Shown in pieces: positions 13,872-21,685 of a DNA stretch of 26,970 nt; the stretch's first letter is position 1, and each line of letters starts with the position of its first letter. Source of the stretch: Clostridia bacterium (GTDB lineage Bacteria; Bacillota; Clostridia; TANB77; UBA1234); the NCBI GenBank assembly GCA_017521465.1, contig JAFXCN010000016.1:1-26970 (forward strand), written 5' to 3'. The notes under the pieces were generated by a model. That model was not told the origin of the DNA and made no database searches. It saw only the letters and a program-made list of their open reading frames with translations. The translations under genes and the position numbers were made by a program.

Positions 13872-15293
13872 CTATCTTTCTACTACTTCTTTCTTTTGTA
13901 TCACATTTCCATTTACTCTCAGTTTTTCTTCGAGTTCCCCCTGATATCTTTTTTCAAATTGTCTCGATAACGTACCACCTCTAGGCCATTGAATCCTTGA
14001 ACTTCCTTCTTTAAAAATAAAATCCAAGTCTAGTATAACCAATTCGCCCGGTCCTAATTCCTCTACTTGCTTATCTTCATCAAATCCTACATTATCATGA
14101 TGTACCTTTTCAATACCTTTAAAATGAACTCTATTACTTTTTAAAAGTCTTCCAACATTACTTTTTTTAGCATCCGTCCAAATCATCCCTTCTTCTCTAA
14201 GTTCCTTATAAATCATATATAATTCTTCTTCTGCAGGAGGTGTACTTACATCACATTTTTCTAAAATTTCAATATTTACTGGCTGTTTTATTCCAAGTGC
14301 ATTACACGAATTTTGAACGGTTCTAACAATTGGTTGTAAAAATCTTTTTGAATTTTTGGGAATACCATATGCTAACGGTGGTCTTCCTATTTTTAAAACT
14401 TTATCTCCAACCTCAAAGACATTGGCAAAACCACCCTTTGAAAGGTGTCTAATCTCAGAAGGTGCAACTTGTTCATTTTTTACAAGATCCTGTATCATCA
14501 AAACCAACATTTCTCTTACATTTGATTGACCATCTTCTATTGTATCGCTTATTTTTACTGGAGAGTTCTGTCCTAACATTTCTTTGGCAATATCATTAAT
14601 TCTAGAATCTACTATTTCATTTAAACCCTTCGTATCTACACCAGCATTTCCTAATTGTTCCAAAGTTTTTAACGGTGAATTTGTAACAGAAACTAAAGTA
14701 GCGGCATATTCGCTCAAAAAAGCTACTCCTTGTTCATCTTTTTTTATTTCTTCAATATAACCAGTTACATCGCTTGGATGAATACTGCCTGTTCGTACAG
14801 CATTAGCTAACACAGCCATATATTCTTCTCTAATTTCTTCTCCATAGAAGAACCCACCATTATTTTTAAAAAATAATGCTGATAAATCCACTTTATCCCT
14901 ATCTATTTTCCCATACAATTCTGCAACATTTCCTGTTAATAATTTATCTGAATATTCAGCGGCTTTAAGATTTTCAATTATTGAATACGAAACCCCGGGA
15001 TAACTTCTGTTAAGTAGTTCTATAATACTTTCTAAAGAATTTTGGGCAGCACCAAATACTAACTCTGCTATTTTAGAATCTTTTCCGCATTCTTCCAATA
15101 CTGTCCTAAATTCTGAAGGATCCATTTGTGATATTATATCTCCAAAATTTTTCAAAACATATTTAGCAGTATCTTTTCTCCAGAAATCTATTCCCTTTCT
15201 TTTTGGTTCTGTTAAAGTTTTTATCTGTTTAATCATCATATACCATGAAAATTCACCATTTTCTATTGCCTGCTTAATTTTAGGATTTACCAT
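13872..15293 (-). CDS. Two-domain protein: a ~290-aa helical N-terminal domain of unknown function plus a ~180-aa minimal protein-kinase-like C-terminal domain
   Basis: ATG 15293 with AAGGAG 7 nt upstream. The C-terminal region has three kinase motifs in canonical order. They are LSKGGFANVFEVGDKVLKI (Gly-rich loop plus VxxK, about 14380-14450), IWTDAKKSNVG (D-x-K-x-x-N catalytic loop, about 14161-14190) and LVILDLDFIF (DFG-like, about 14021-14046). Confidence 0.8.
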   Translation of the reverse strand: MVNPKIKQAIENGEFSWYMMIKQIKTLTEPKRKGIDFWRKDTAKYVLKNFGDIISQMDPSEFRTVLEECGKDSKIAELVFGAAQNSLESIIELLNRSYPGVSYSIIENLKAAEYSDKLLTGNVAELYGKIDRDKVDLSALFFKNNGGFFYGEEIREEYMAVLANAVRTGSIHPSDVTGYIEEIKKDEQGVAFLSEYAATLVSVTNSPLKTLEQLGNAGVDTKGLNEIVDSRINDIAKEMLGQNSPVKISDTIEDGQSNVREMLVLMIQDLVKNEQVAPSEIRHLSKGGFANVFEVGDKVLKIGRPPLAYGIPKNSKRFLQPIVRTVQNSCNALGIKQPVNIEILEKCDVSTPPAEEELYMIYKELREEGMIWTDAKKSNVGRLLKSNRVHFKGIEKVHHDNVGFDEDKQVEELGPGELVILDLDFIFKEGSSRIQWPRGGTLSRQFEKRYQGELEEKLRVNGNVIQKKEVVER

Positions 15294-15357
15294 CTTTAAC
15301 TCCTTAATTATACATTTTATATGTATAAAGTTTATCACAAATCAAACTACTTTATAT

Positions 15358-15396
15358 ATAAAAAAGATAGTTTAAATACATTTATGTTTTAAACTA
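15358..15396 (-). terminator. Rho-independent terminator of the DUF1858-type gene
   Basis: 9-bp stem tagtttaaa / tttaaacta. The minus strand is followed by TCTTTTTTAT. Confidence 0.65.
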
Positions 15397-15410
15397 CCTC
15401 CTTAAATTTT

Positions 15411-15602
15411 TTATTTATTTGCTTCATTAAGTTTATTAACTAATTCGTCAACATCAATTCCGTGTACAGCACAAGCTTCTTCAAGAGATTCAGCAGATGC
15501 TGCAGGACAACCTAAACAATGCATCCCAGCTTCTAATAAAATTGGAGCTAAATCAGGGTTGATTTCTAATACTTCTCTTATTATAGTTTCTTTTGTTATC
15601 AT
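15411..15602 (-). CDS. DUF1858-type small redox/disulfide protein (hybrid-cluster-protein-associated family)
   Basis: [14 protein letters not shown]....IL...[20 protein letters not shown]...L...LN is the family pattern and includes CLGC. ATG 15602 with GGAGGTG 6 nt upstream. Confidence 0.85.
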   Translation of the reverse strand: MITKETIIREVLEINPDLAPILLEAGMHCLGCPAASAESLEEACAVHGIDVDELVNKLNEANK

Positions 15603-15730
15603 TCTCTTCACCTCCATTTTCACTATCTTACTTTACACATTTTTTAGCCAAAAGTCAAGATATTATTGCTTTGCCCGTCTTTTTGTCGAATTTTATCGAA
15701 CGGTTTTTACCCCTTTTTTATAAAAAAATC

Positions 15731-15758
15731 TAGACATTAAAATTTTTAATGCTATAAT
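15731..15758 (+). promoter_or_regulatory. Extended -10 promoter of the T4SS-like / primosome operon
   Basis: TAGACA - 16 nt (ending TGc) - TATAAT, about 25 nt upstream of the first RBS. Confidence 0.65.
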
Positions 15759-15781
15759 CCACTTAAAAGGTGGTGATAATT

Positions 15782-16045
15782 TTGAAGATATCACATTGCT
15801 ACCTTTGCTTATTTCTAATAACTTTTTTAGTTCCACTCATTTTGAACTCTATATTATCTTTTCAAGCAATTTTAAATTTATTCTTTTATTTTGTAATAAT
15901 TCATTTCGTTGTTTCATGTTATATTGTTTATTCATTGTTTGAGATTAATATTATGCACGAAAAGCAGGGCTCAAAACTTATTCTAAGCAAAGGTAAGATT
16001 TTGTCTGATAGGAGTGATTACGATTATAAATTCCAAACTCATTAG
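15782..16045 (+). CDS. Small two-TM membrane protein (about 87 aa), first gene of the operon
   Basis: AAAGGTGG lies 8 nt upstream of TTG 15782; the track start is GTG 15770. It has two long hydrophobic helices. It overlaps the next ORF by 32 nt in another frame. Confidence 0.6.
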   Translation: MKISHCYLCLFLITFLVPLILNSILSFQAILNLFFYFVIIHFVVSCYIVYSLFEINIMHEKQGSKLILSKGKILSDRSDYDYKFQTH

Positions 16046-17687
16046 TTCAAAATATTTTTTTATGCTTACTTTTATGATTTGCGGGGTAGTTTTTAACTAT
16101 TTATTATTTTTAAAACTATTCACCAAACACTCGATAAGCTTTATCCTCCTTGGCAACACATTTGACATTAATTCTTCTCTCTGGGAAGTTATAGCAATTG
16201 TTTATTTCCTAAGTGTTATTATTTCATACTTTTCAATTTCATATACTCTTTCAAAACATCTATTTAAAAACTTTTCTCCCTCAACTCCTGCCCAACATTA
16301 CGAAAACAGCAAAGCACATTTATTTATAGGTACTGATATAGAAAGTGATACACCGATTATTATTCCAGAAAAAGGACTTTATCAAAATATTCTTATAACC
16401 GGAACAATAGGTACTGGAAAAACATCTTCTGCCATGTATCCTTTTACAAAACAACTCCTCGAAAAAAATATTGGAATGTTAATATTAGATGTAAAAGGAA
16501 ACTTTCACACTAAAGTCCTCGAGTTTACCAAACTGCTAAATAAAAAAGTAACTGTTATTGAATTGAATGGTAAATATACTTATAACCCACTAGACAAACC
16601 AAATTTAAAACCTGCTATACTTGCCAATCGACTCAAAACAATTCTTACTTTGTTTTCAAACAAAAACACCTCAGATTCATATTGGCTTGATAAAGTTGAG
16701 TCGTATATCTCAGAATGCATCAAGCTGTGTAGGTTATACAACGACAAATATGTAACTTTTCTTGAACTTCACAAATTAATTAATTCTCCTTCATATCTTG
16801 AAGAAAAAATTTCCTATGTTAAAAACTTATTTTTAAGCGGTAGGTTATCTGATTCTGAAGTTTTCGATTTCAGCACTTGCATAGATTTTTTTAGAAATGA
16901 GTATGCTCATCTTGATTCAAAAGTTCTATCTATAATTCAATCTGAAATTACAAGAATAACTCAAATCTTTGTTAACGACCTCGATGTATCAAACACTTTT
17001 TGCCCTCCTAAAGATAAAAATACTTTTGAAGGTTTTCATAATTTGAAAGATGATATTGTTGTCTTAAATATGAATGTAGCAGAATATCGCAATCTTGCAA
17101 AAATTATAGCAAGCTATTTAAAACTTGATTTTCAATCTGAAGTATTAATGCGTTTATCTAAAAACACTCAGACACCAGTAGCATTTATATGTGATGAATA
17201 TCACGAATATGCAACAGAAAATGATGCAGATTTCTTTTCCCAAAGCAGAGAAGCTAAATGTATAAATATTGTTTCTACCCAAAGCTATACTTCTCTTCTA
17301 AATTGTATGAATAATCAGAATGCTGCAAAAGTTATTATACAAAGTTTAGTAAATAAAATTTGGTTTAGGACTGACGATATGTTTACTATTGAAGAAGCTC
17401 AAAAACAATTAGGCAAAGAAGATAAAACCAAAATTAACAGAAGTATTTCTGAAAACGCAAAAGAAACAAAATACAATTATCTTTTAAAAACTTTTAAATC
17501 TGACGGTTCAAATTTATCTGAAAGTATTAGTACAAATGTATACCACGATTACATTTATGATTTCAATACGTTTTCTAGAGATTTAAAAACTTTTCACGCA
17601 ATTTGCTTTATATCTACTGGCTTTGAAATTTTAAAACCTAAAGTAGTAAAACTATCCCCTATAAGCTCAATACATAAATTAATTTAA
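16014..17687 (+). CDS. Type IV coupling protein-like ATPase (VirD4/TraG/TraD family), membrane anchored
   Basis: The N-terminus has two to three TM helices. Walker A is ILITGTIGTGKTSS (about 16399-16430). Walker B and the TraG-D_C-like block are VAFICDEYHEYA...FFSQSREAKCINIVSTQSYTSL (about 17181-17290). The only start in the open frame is GTG 16014, so the start is uncertain. Confidence 0.8.
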   Translation: MITIINSKLISSKYFFMLTFMICGVVFNYLLFLKLFTKHSISFILLGNTFDINSSLWEVIAIVYFLSVIISYFSISYTLSKHLFKNFSPSTPAQHYENSKAHLFIGTDIESDTPIIIPEKGLYQNILITGTIGTGKTSSAMYPFTKQLLEKNIGMLILDVKGNFHTKVLEFTKLLNKKVTVIELNGKYTYNPLDKPNLKPAILANRLKTILTLFSNKNTSDSYWLDKVESYISECIKLCRLYNDKYVTFLELHKLINSPSYLEEKISYVKNLFLSGRLSDSEVFDFSTCIDFFRNEYAHLDSKVLSIIQSEITRITQIFVNDLDVSNTFCPPKDKNTFEGFHNLKDDIVVLNMNVAEYRNLAKIIASYLKLDFQSEVLMRLSKNTQTPVAFICDEYHEYATENDADFFSQSREAKCINIVSTQSYTSLLNCMNNQNAAKVIIQSLVNKIWFRTDDMFTIEEAQKQLGKEDKTKINRSISENAKETKYNYLLKTFKSDGSNLSESISTNVYHDYIYDFNTFSRDLKTFHAICFISTGFEILKPKVVKLSPISSIHKLI

Positions 17688-17692
17688 TAATT

Positions 17693-17793
17693 ATGGAAGT
17701 TCTATTAATGTGGTCCTTTTTTGTTTTTTCTATTAGCCCCCTTATCCGAAAAACATCATCCCCATTTTTGGGCCACATTAATAGAGCTTCCAT
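17693..17793. repeat. Near-perfect 23-bp inverted repeat separated by ~54 nt, in the gap between the ATPase and pilin-like genes
   Basis: atggaagttctattaatgtggtcc (17693-17716) pairs with ggccacattaatagagcttccat (17771-17793). There is one mismatch and one bulge. Confidence 0.8.
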
Positions 17794-17810
17794 ATAAGAA
17801 AGGATTTATT

Positions 17811-18125
17811 ATGAAAAAAACATTGATTTTAATTTTATTATTTCTATTTTTACTCACAAGCGTATCTTATTGCGCTTCAGATCCTAAACTTATAAAAACT
17901 ATAAATAGTGGCCTAACTAAGATAAAAGATTGGATTATAAAACTTTCGACTCCTGCAGCTGCAGTAGCCATTGGAACTGGAATTCTTATGAAAAAGTTTA
18001 GTTTCGGCGATGAAGATAGGATCGTTGCTGGTAAAAGATTAATTAAAAGCACAATATTTTCTTATGCTTTTATACTTTGCGTAGATTTAGTATTAAGCAC
18101 AATTCAAACATTAGCAAAAGGATAG
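17811..18125 (+). CDS. Secreted or membrane small protein with VirB2/TrbC pilin-like topology (tentative)
   Basis: ATG 17811 with AAAGGA upstream. The signal peptide is MKKTLILILLFLFLLTSVSYCA/SD. Two hydrophobic helices (PAAAVAIGTGILM and STIFSYAFILCVDLVLSTI) are separated by a basic loop. Confidence 0.75.
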   Translation: MKKTLILILLFLFLLTSVSYCASDPKLIKTINSGLTKIKDWIIKLSTPAAAVAIGTGILMKKFSFGDEDRIVAGKRLIKSTIFSYAFILCVDLVLSTIQTLAKG

Positions 18126-18134
18126 TGATTTTAT

Positions 18135-19019
18135 ATGGAACCTGTTTCAGAAGAAATTATAAATGAAATAGATATTGGTTCAGTAATTGTTGATACCATA
18201 AATTCTCTTTGTCACTCACTCTTTTCTTCTATAGACAATGCAATATATCCAATTTTAGATGACATCGTTTTTATTTCTCCAGATATAACAGAAACTAATT
18301 ATTTAGAAAGAATTTTTGGTACAAATTCAAACACAGGACTTCTTATTCTTGCAAATTCTCTCATCCTAGCATTTATATTGTATTATTCCGTACGAAGATT
18401 TATTTCATTCTATGCAGGAAATGAAGTTGAATCACCATATATATTTTTGATAAAAGGAATATTTATAACTATATTAATGAATTTTTCGTTAGAACTTTGT
18501 AGTACGCTAATTTCTTTTACTTATGAAATCACAAATTTTATCACTGCACTCGGCCAAAATATTTTTAGCAAAGAAGTCTCTTTCGCGTCTTTAATAAATA
18601 TTTTAAATTCATCTTTCGCATCAGACTTCAATGTATTTTCGTTAGATGGTGTATTAAGCGGAATGCTTTCTGTTTCATCATTCTCTTTAATAATTAGTTT
18701 TGCTCTTCGATATATAATGATTAAAGTTTTAGTTCTTTCCGCTCCTTTTGCTTTTTTGTGTCTTCTTAACAAAAGCACAACCGGATTCTTTAAAAGTTGG
18801 TATAGAAGTTTGCTTTCGCTTTTACTGGTCCAAATATTAATTGCACTAATTTTACTTTTGCCTTATGCAATTATCAAAGATTCTTCTTCAGAAATATTAA
18901 ATAAAATTTTAATTATTGGTGCTATAAACGCACTGCTAAAGTCAGGACAATTTATCAAAGAATTTATGAGTGGTATTGGCATAAGTAGTAATTTTCAAAG
19001 TCGGAGTTTCTGGTCTTAA
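18135..19019 (+). CDS. Polytopic membrane protein, VirB6/TrbL-like (tentative)
   Basis: It has 5-6 TM helices. The central block FALRYIMIKVLVLSAPFAFLCLL....GFFKSWYRSLLSLLLVQILIALIL resembles the TrbL/VirB6 core. It starts 9 nt after the previous stop. Confidence 0.75.
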   Translation: MEPVSEEIINEIDIGSVIVDTINSLCHSLFSSIDNAIYPILDDIVFISPDITETNYLERIFGTNSNTGLLILANSLILAFILYYSVRRFISFYAGNEVESPYIFLIKGIFITILMNFSLELCSTLISFTYEITNFITALGQNIFSKEVSFASLINILNSSFASDFNVFSLDGVLSGMLSVSSFSLIISFALRYIMIKVLVLSAPFAFLCLLNKSTTGFFKSWYRSLLSLLLVQILIALILLLPYAIIKDSSSEILNKILIIGAINALLKSGQFIKEFMSGIGISSNFQSRSFWS

Positions 19020-19040
19020 ATCAATTTTCTCGAGGTGATT

Positions 19041-19340
19041 ATGTTTAAATTTATATTTCCTTTAAATTACAAATATCCCGAAAAGCTATTAGGTATTATT
19101 GAATATAGAATTCTACTCCCCTTATGCTGCTATGCTGGACTACTCTTTTTGATTTTACATAATTTGAGTTTTGCTTTTTTTACTTCAGCAAGCATTTTCA
19201 TAATTTTGTTCTTTCCAATCTTTTTACTATCGATTAATAATATTAATGGTGAGCCAATTTACTCGTTTATTTTTGCTTTTATTTGCTTTCATTTAAATTC
19301 AAAAGTTTATTTGTTTAAAAATGATTGCAAAATTATCTAA
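19041..19340 (+). CDS. Two-TM small protein, PrgI/TcpE (VirB3-like) pattern (tentative)
   Basis: ATG 19041 with GAGG 5 nt upstream. YKYPEKLLGIIEYRILLPL, then a TM, a second TM and NINGEPIYSFIFAFICFHLNSKVY match the layout of PrgI-family conjugation proteins. Confidence 0.7.
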   Translation: MFKFIFPLNYKYPEKLLGIIEYRILLPLCCYAGLLFLILHNLSFAFFTSASIFIILFFPIFLLSINNINGEPIYSFIFAFICFHLNSKVYLFKNDCKII

Positions 19341-19374
19341 AAAACGATATTATTGGTACACGGGGTGAGTAAGA

Positions 19375-20343
19375 ATGAATTTTGAGCAAAATCTATCAAT
19401 GCTTTTTTCAGATTTAAATGTACCAGAAGTATTCATAACAGAGCATTTCTGTATGGCAAACGGTGACTATATAAAAGTATATATTTATTGCATGTTTTTA
19501 TGTAAATATAATAGTGAAATTTCTCCATTAGATCTTTCTAAGAAATTATGTTTGCCATTAAAAACTGTTGAACTTGCCCTTAAATATTGGGAAGAACAAG
19601 ACATTATAATAAAAAAGCAAAATACATACATATTATCTGATTTAAAGAAGCTTGAAGTGGATAAATTATATAAACCAAAAGTAACCTCTTCTTTAGAAGA
19701 TGCTTTAGATACAAATTCAAAAAATGTTCTTAGAACTCAAGCCATAAACGAAATCAATTCTGTATTTTTCCAAGGAGTAATGTCTCCTACATGGTATACA
19801 GATATAGATACACTATTTGTTAAATATCAATTTGATGAAGATGTTATGATTTCTTTATTCCGTTATTGTTTTGACAGACAAGCTCTTCATAAAAAATATC
19901 TTTTCACTGTAGCTGAAGCTTGGCATTCAAACAACATTAAAAACATGAACGATTTAGAAAAATATTATCTTCAATACGAAAAATCAAATCAAATGAAAAA
20001 AACTATCTGTAAAAAACTGGGGATTACAAGAAAACTTTCTCAATACGAAGAAGCCTATGTAGACAGATGGACTATTGATTATAATTATCCGATTGATATT
20101 ATAGAACTTGCTCTTAAGAAAACCACATCAAAAGCTAATCCAAGCTTTGATTATATCGATAAAATAATCACTGATTGGCACGAAAAGAAATTAGTAACAG
20201 CTGATGAAATTCAAGCTTATTCAAAAGAGCAAAAAGAAAAATATAAAACAGTTAAAGAAGTAGCAAAAACAATTACTCCCAAATATACAGATGGAGAAAC
20301 AAATCAATATAATGATTTAAGTAAATTTTATGCAAATATATAG
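19375..20343 (+). CDS. DnaD/DnaB_2-domain replication initiation and membrane-attachment protein (Bacillus DnaB/DnaD type)
   Basis: The N-terminal winged-helix segment is GDYIKVYIYC...SPLDLSKKL.LPLKTVELALKYWEEQ.II. Two DnaB_2-type repeats follow: SPTWYTDIDTLFVKYQFDEDVMISLFRYC...YLFTVAEAWHSNNIKNMNDLE and EAYVDRW..DYNYPIDIIELALKK......PSFDYIDKIITDWHEKKL. Confidence 0.85.
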   Translation: MNFEQNLSMLFSDLNVPEVFITEHFCMANGDYIKVYIYCMFLCKYNSEISPLDLSKKLCLPLKTVELALKYWEEQDIIIKKQNTYILSDLKKLEVDKLYKPKVTSSLEDALDTNSKNVLRTQAINEINSVFFQGVMSPTWYTDIDTLFVKYQFDEDVMISLFRYCFDRQALHKKYLFTVAEAWHSNNIKNMNDLEKYYLQYEKSNQMKKTICKKLGITRKLSQYEEAYVDRWTIDYNYPIDIIELALKKTTSKANPSFDYIDKIITDWHEKKLVTADEIQAYSKEQKEKYKTVKEVAKTITPKYTDGETNQYNDLSKFYANI

Positions 20344-20357
20344 AAAGGATTTTAAGT

Positions 20358-21344
20358 ATGCAGTCTGATGTTTTTAAAACAATCGAACGAAATTTTGAAT
20401 ACAAAAGAAACACTGCTATAAAAGATGCAAATGCATTAAAAGAAGAAACATATGAAAAATTTCCAAGATTAAAAGAGATTGATAATTTAATATTCAAATG
20501 TGGCCTTCAAGCTTCTAAAGCTACAATTGCCAACGCATCAGACAAAGACACAATTCTTTCTGAATTAGAAGAAAAAATGTCTGACCTAAAAAAAGAACGA
20601 GATGAAATATTAATCAAAAACAACATTTCGTTAGATCCAAAGTTTGAATGTACTAAATGTAATGATTCGGGATATGAATTATTATCAAACGGAACAAAAA
20701 TGTGTACTTGTTTCAAACAAGAATTAATTAATGAAGCATATAATAAATCTAATTTATATAGACTTCAAGAAGATACTTTTTCTTCGTTTGATTCTGCACT
20801 ATTCTCAGACGAAGTTAATACACAAAAATATGATGCAAGTATCTCGCCAAAGCAAAACATCGAACGAATAAAAAACATTTGTGAAGAATTCATTTCAAAC
20901 TTTGATAATCCATCTCAAAAAAATTTATTATTCACAGGAACACCTGGAATTGGCAAAACATTTTTATCAGGATGCATTGCAAACGAATTATTAAACAAAG
21001 GATACACTGTTTTATATCAAACAGCACCAGTTTTATTAGATCGTATTTTTGAATATAAATATAACAACAAAGAAACATCAAAAGAATTATATGACAATTT
21101 ATTTAATGTAAATTTATTAATTATTGACGATTTAGGCACAGAAAATCTTACATCAGCCAAATTCTCTGAACTATTCACAATAATTAATTCAAGATTATTA
21201 AATCCACAAACGAAAACAATAATATCAACAAATCTATCACTAGAAAACCTTGCAAAAAACTATGATGACAGAATATTATCTAGATTAATAGGAAACTTCA
21301 ATATATGCAAATTTTTTGGAGAGGATCTGAGATTAAAAAGATAA
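20358..21344 (+). CDS. DnaI/DnaC-type helicase loader ATPase with an N-terminal Cys-rich (zinc) module
   Basis: C.KCNDSGYE.......CTCF, then Walker A LLFTGTPGIGKTFL, Walker B LLIIDDLGTE, sensor STNL and the C-terminal ILSRL. Confidence 0.9.
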   Translation: MQSDVFKTIERNFEYKRNTAIKDANALKEETYEKFPRLKEIDNLIFKCGLQASKATIANASDKDTILSELEEKMSDLKKERDEILIKNNISLDPKFECTKCNDSGYELLSNGTKMCTCFKQELINEAYNKSNLYRLQEDTFSSFDSALFSDEVNTQKYDASISPKQNIERIKNICEEFISNFDNPSQKNLLFTGTPGIGKTFLSGCIANELLNKGYTVLYQTAPVLLDRIFEYKYNNKETSKELYDNLFNVNLLIIDDLGTENLTSAKFSELFTIINSRLLNPQTKTIISTNLSLENLAKNYDDRILSRLIGNFNICKFFGEDLRLKR

Positions 21345-21376
21345 AAAAGCAGGTGTTTTGACACCTGCTTTTTTAT
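21345..21376 (+). terminator. Rho-independent terminator ending the seven-gene operon
   Basis: Stem agcaggtg / cacctgct with a 6-nt loop, followed by TTTTTTAT, directly after the stop codon. Confidence 0.85.
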
Positions 21377-21379
21377 TTC

Positions 21380-21560
21380 TGATACTTCCGTGCGTATCGA
21401 AGCTTCCGAAGGAAACAATTCCGCTGACGGAAAAAGGCGAATCGCCACCCGCGTAGCGGCCGTCTGCGGAAACGAACTGCATTACAGCAATTTGCTATGA
21501 TGCTCACGCATTCAGTCTACGAACCAATCGCACTTCCTTTTTACATGCGACCGATTCGTG
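21380..21560. other. G+C-rich non-coding segment with several short GC hairpins; candidate structured RNA or foreign DNA remnant
   Basis: My hand count gives about 65% G+C for 21421-21480, against about 27% in the adjacent dnaI-like gene. Local stems: ttccg-ctga-cggaa, ggcg-aat-cgcc, ccgc-gta-gcgg, and gcattacagca-att-tgctatgatgc. No ORF has an RBS on either strand. Confidence 0.5.
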
Positions 21561-21568
21561 TCCACATC

Positions 21569-21597
21569 TTTACAAAACTCCCATTTTGTGGTATTAT
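21569..21597 (+). promoter_or_regulatory. Extended -10 promoter of the 59-codon ORF
   Basis: TTTACA - 17 nt (ending TGg) - TATTAT. Confidence 0.6.
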
Positions 21598-21685
21598 GTA
21601 AATGTATAGTTTTGTTTATACATTTTTCCTCGTTTCTCACCCGACTCTCTCAATCTTCAACTTACTTTAAGGAGGAACAAACACT

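Noticed and set aside
17867-20716. Antisense ORFs 17867..18052, 18521..18778, 20273..20497 and 20507..20716
   Set aside because: They are embedded antisense in genes of the plus-strand operon and have no translation signals.
21380-21560. Known riboswitch, T-box, RNase P RNA, SRP RNA or 6S RNA
   Set aside because: I could not find the diagnostic cores by eye. I looked for the T-box GGGTGGTACCGCG, the RNase P GAGGAAAGTCC, the SRP GGAA-tetraloop helix 8 context, the B12 box and the TPP CTGAGA. CGCGGGTGGCG on the minus strand is only a loose T-box resemblance, and no downstream gene lies in that orientation. This needs a covariance-model scan.
21600-21625. AT-rich hairpin aaatgtata/tatacattt in the small-ORF leader as an attenuator
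   Set aside because: The predicted transcription start (about 7 nt after the -10) falls inside the left arm. The stem is all A/T and only two extra T residues follow.
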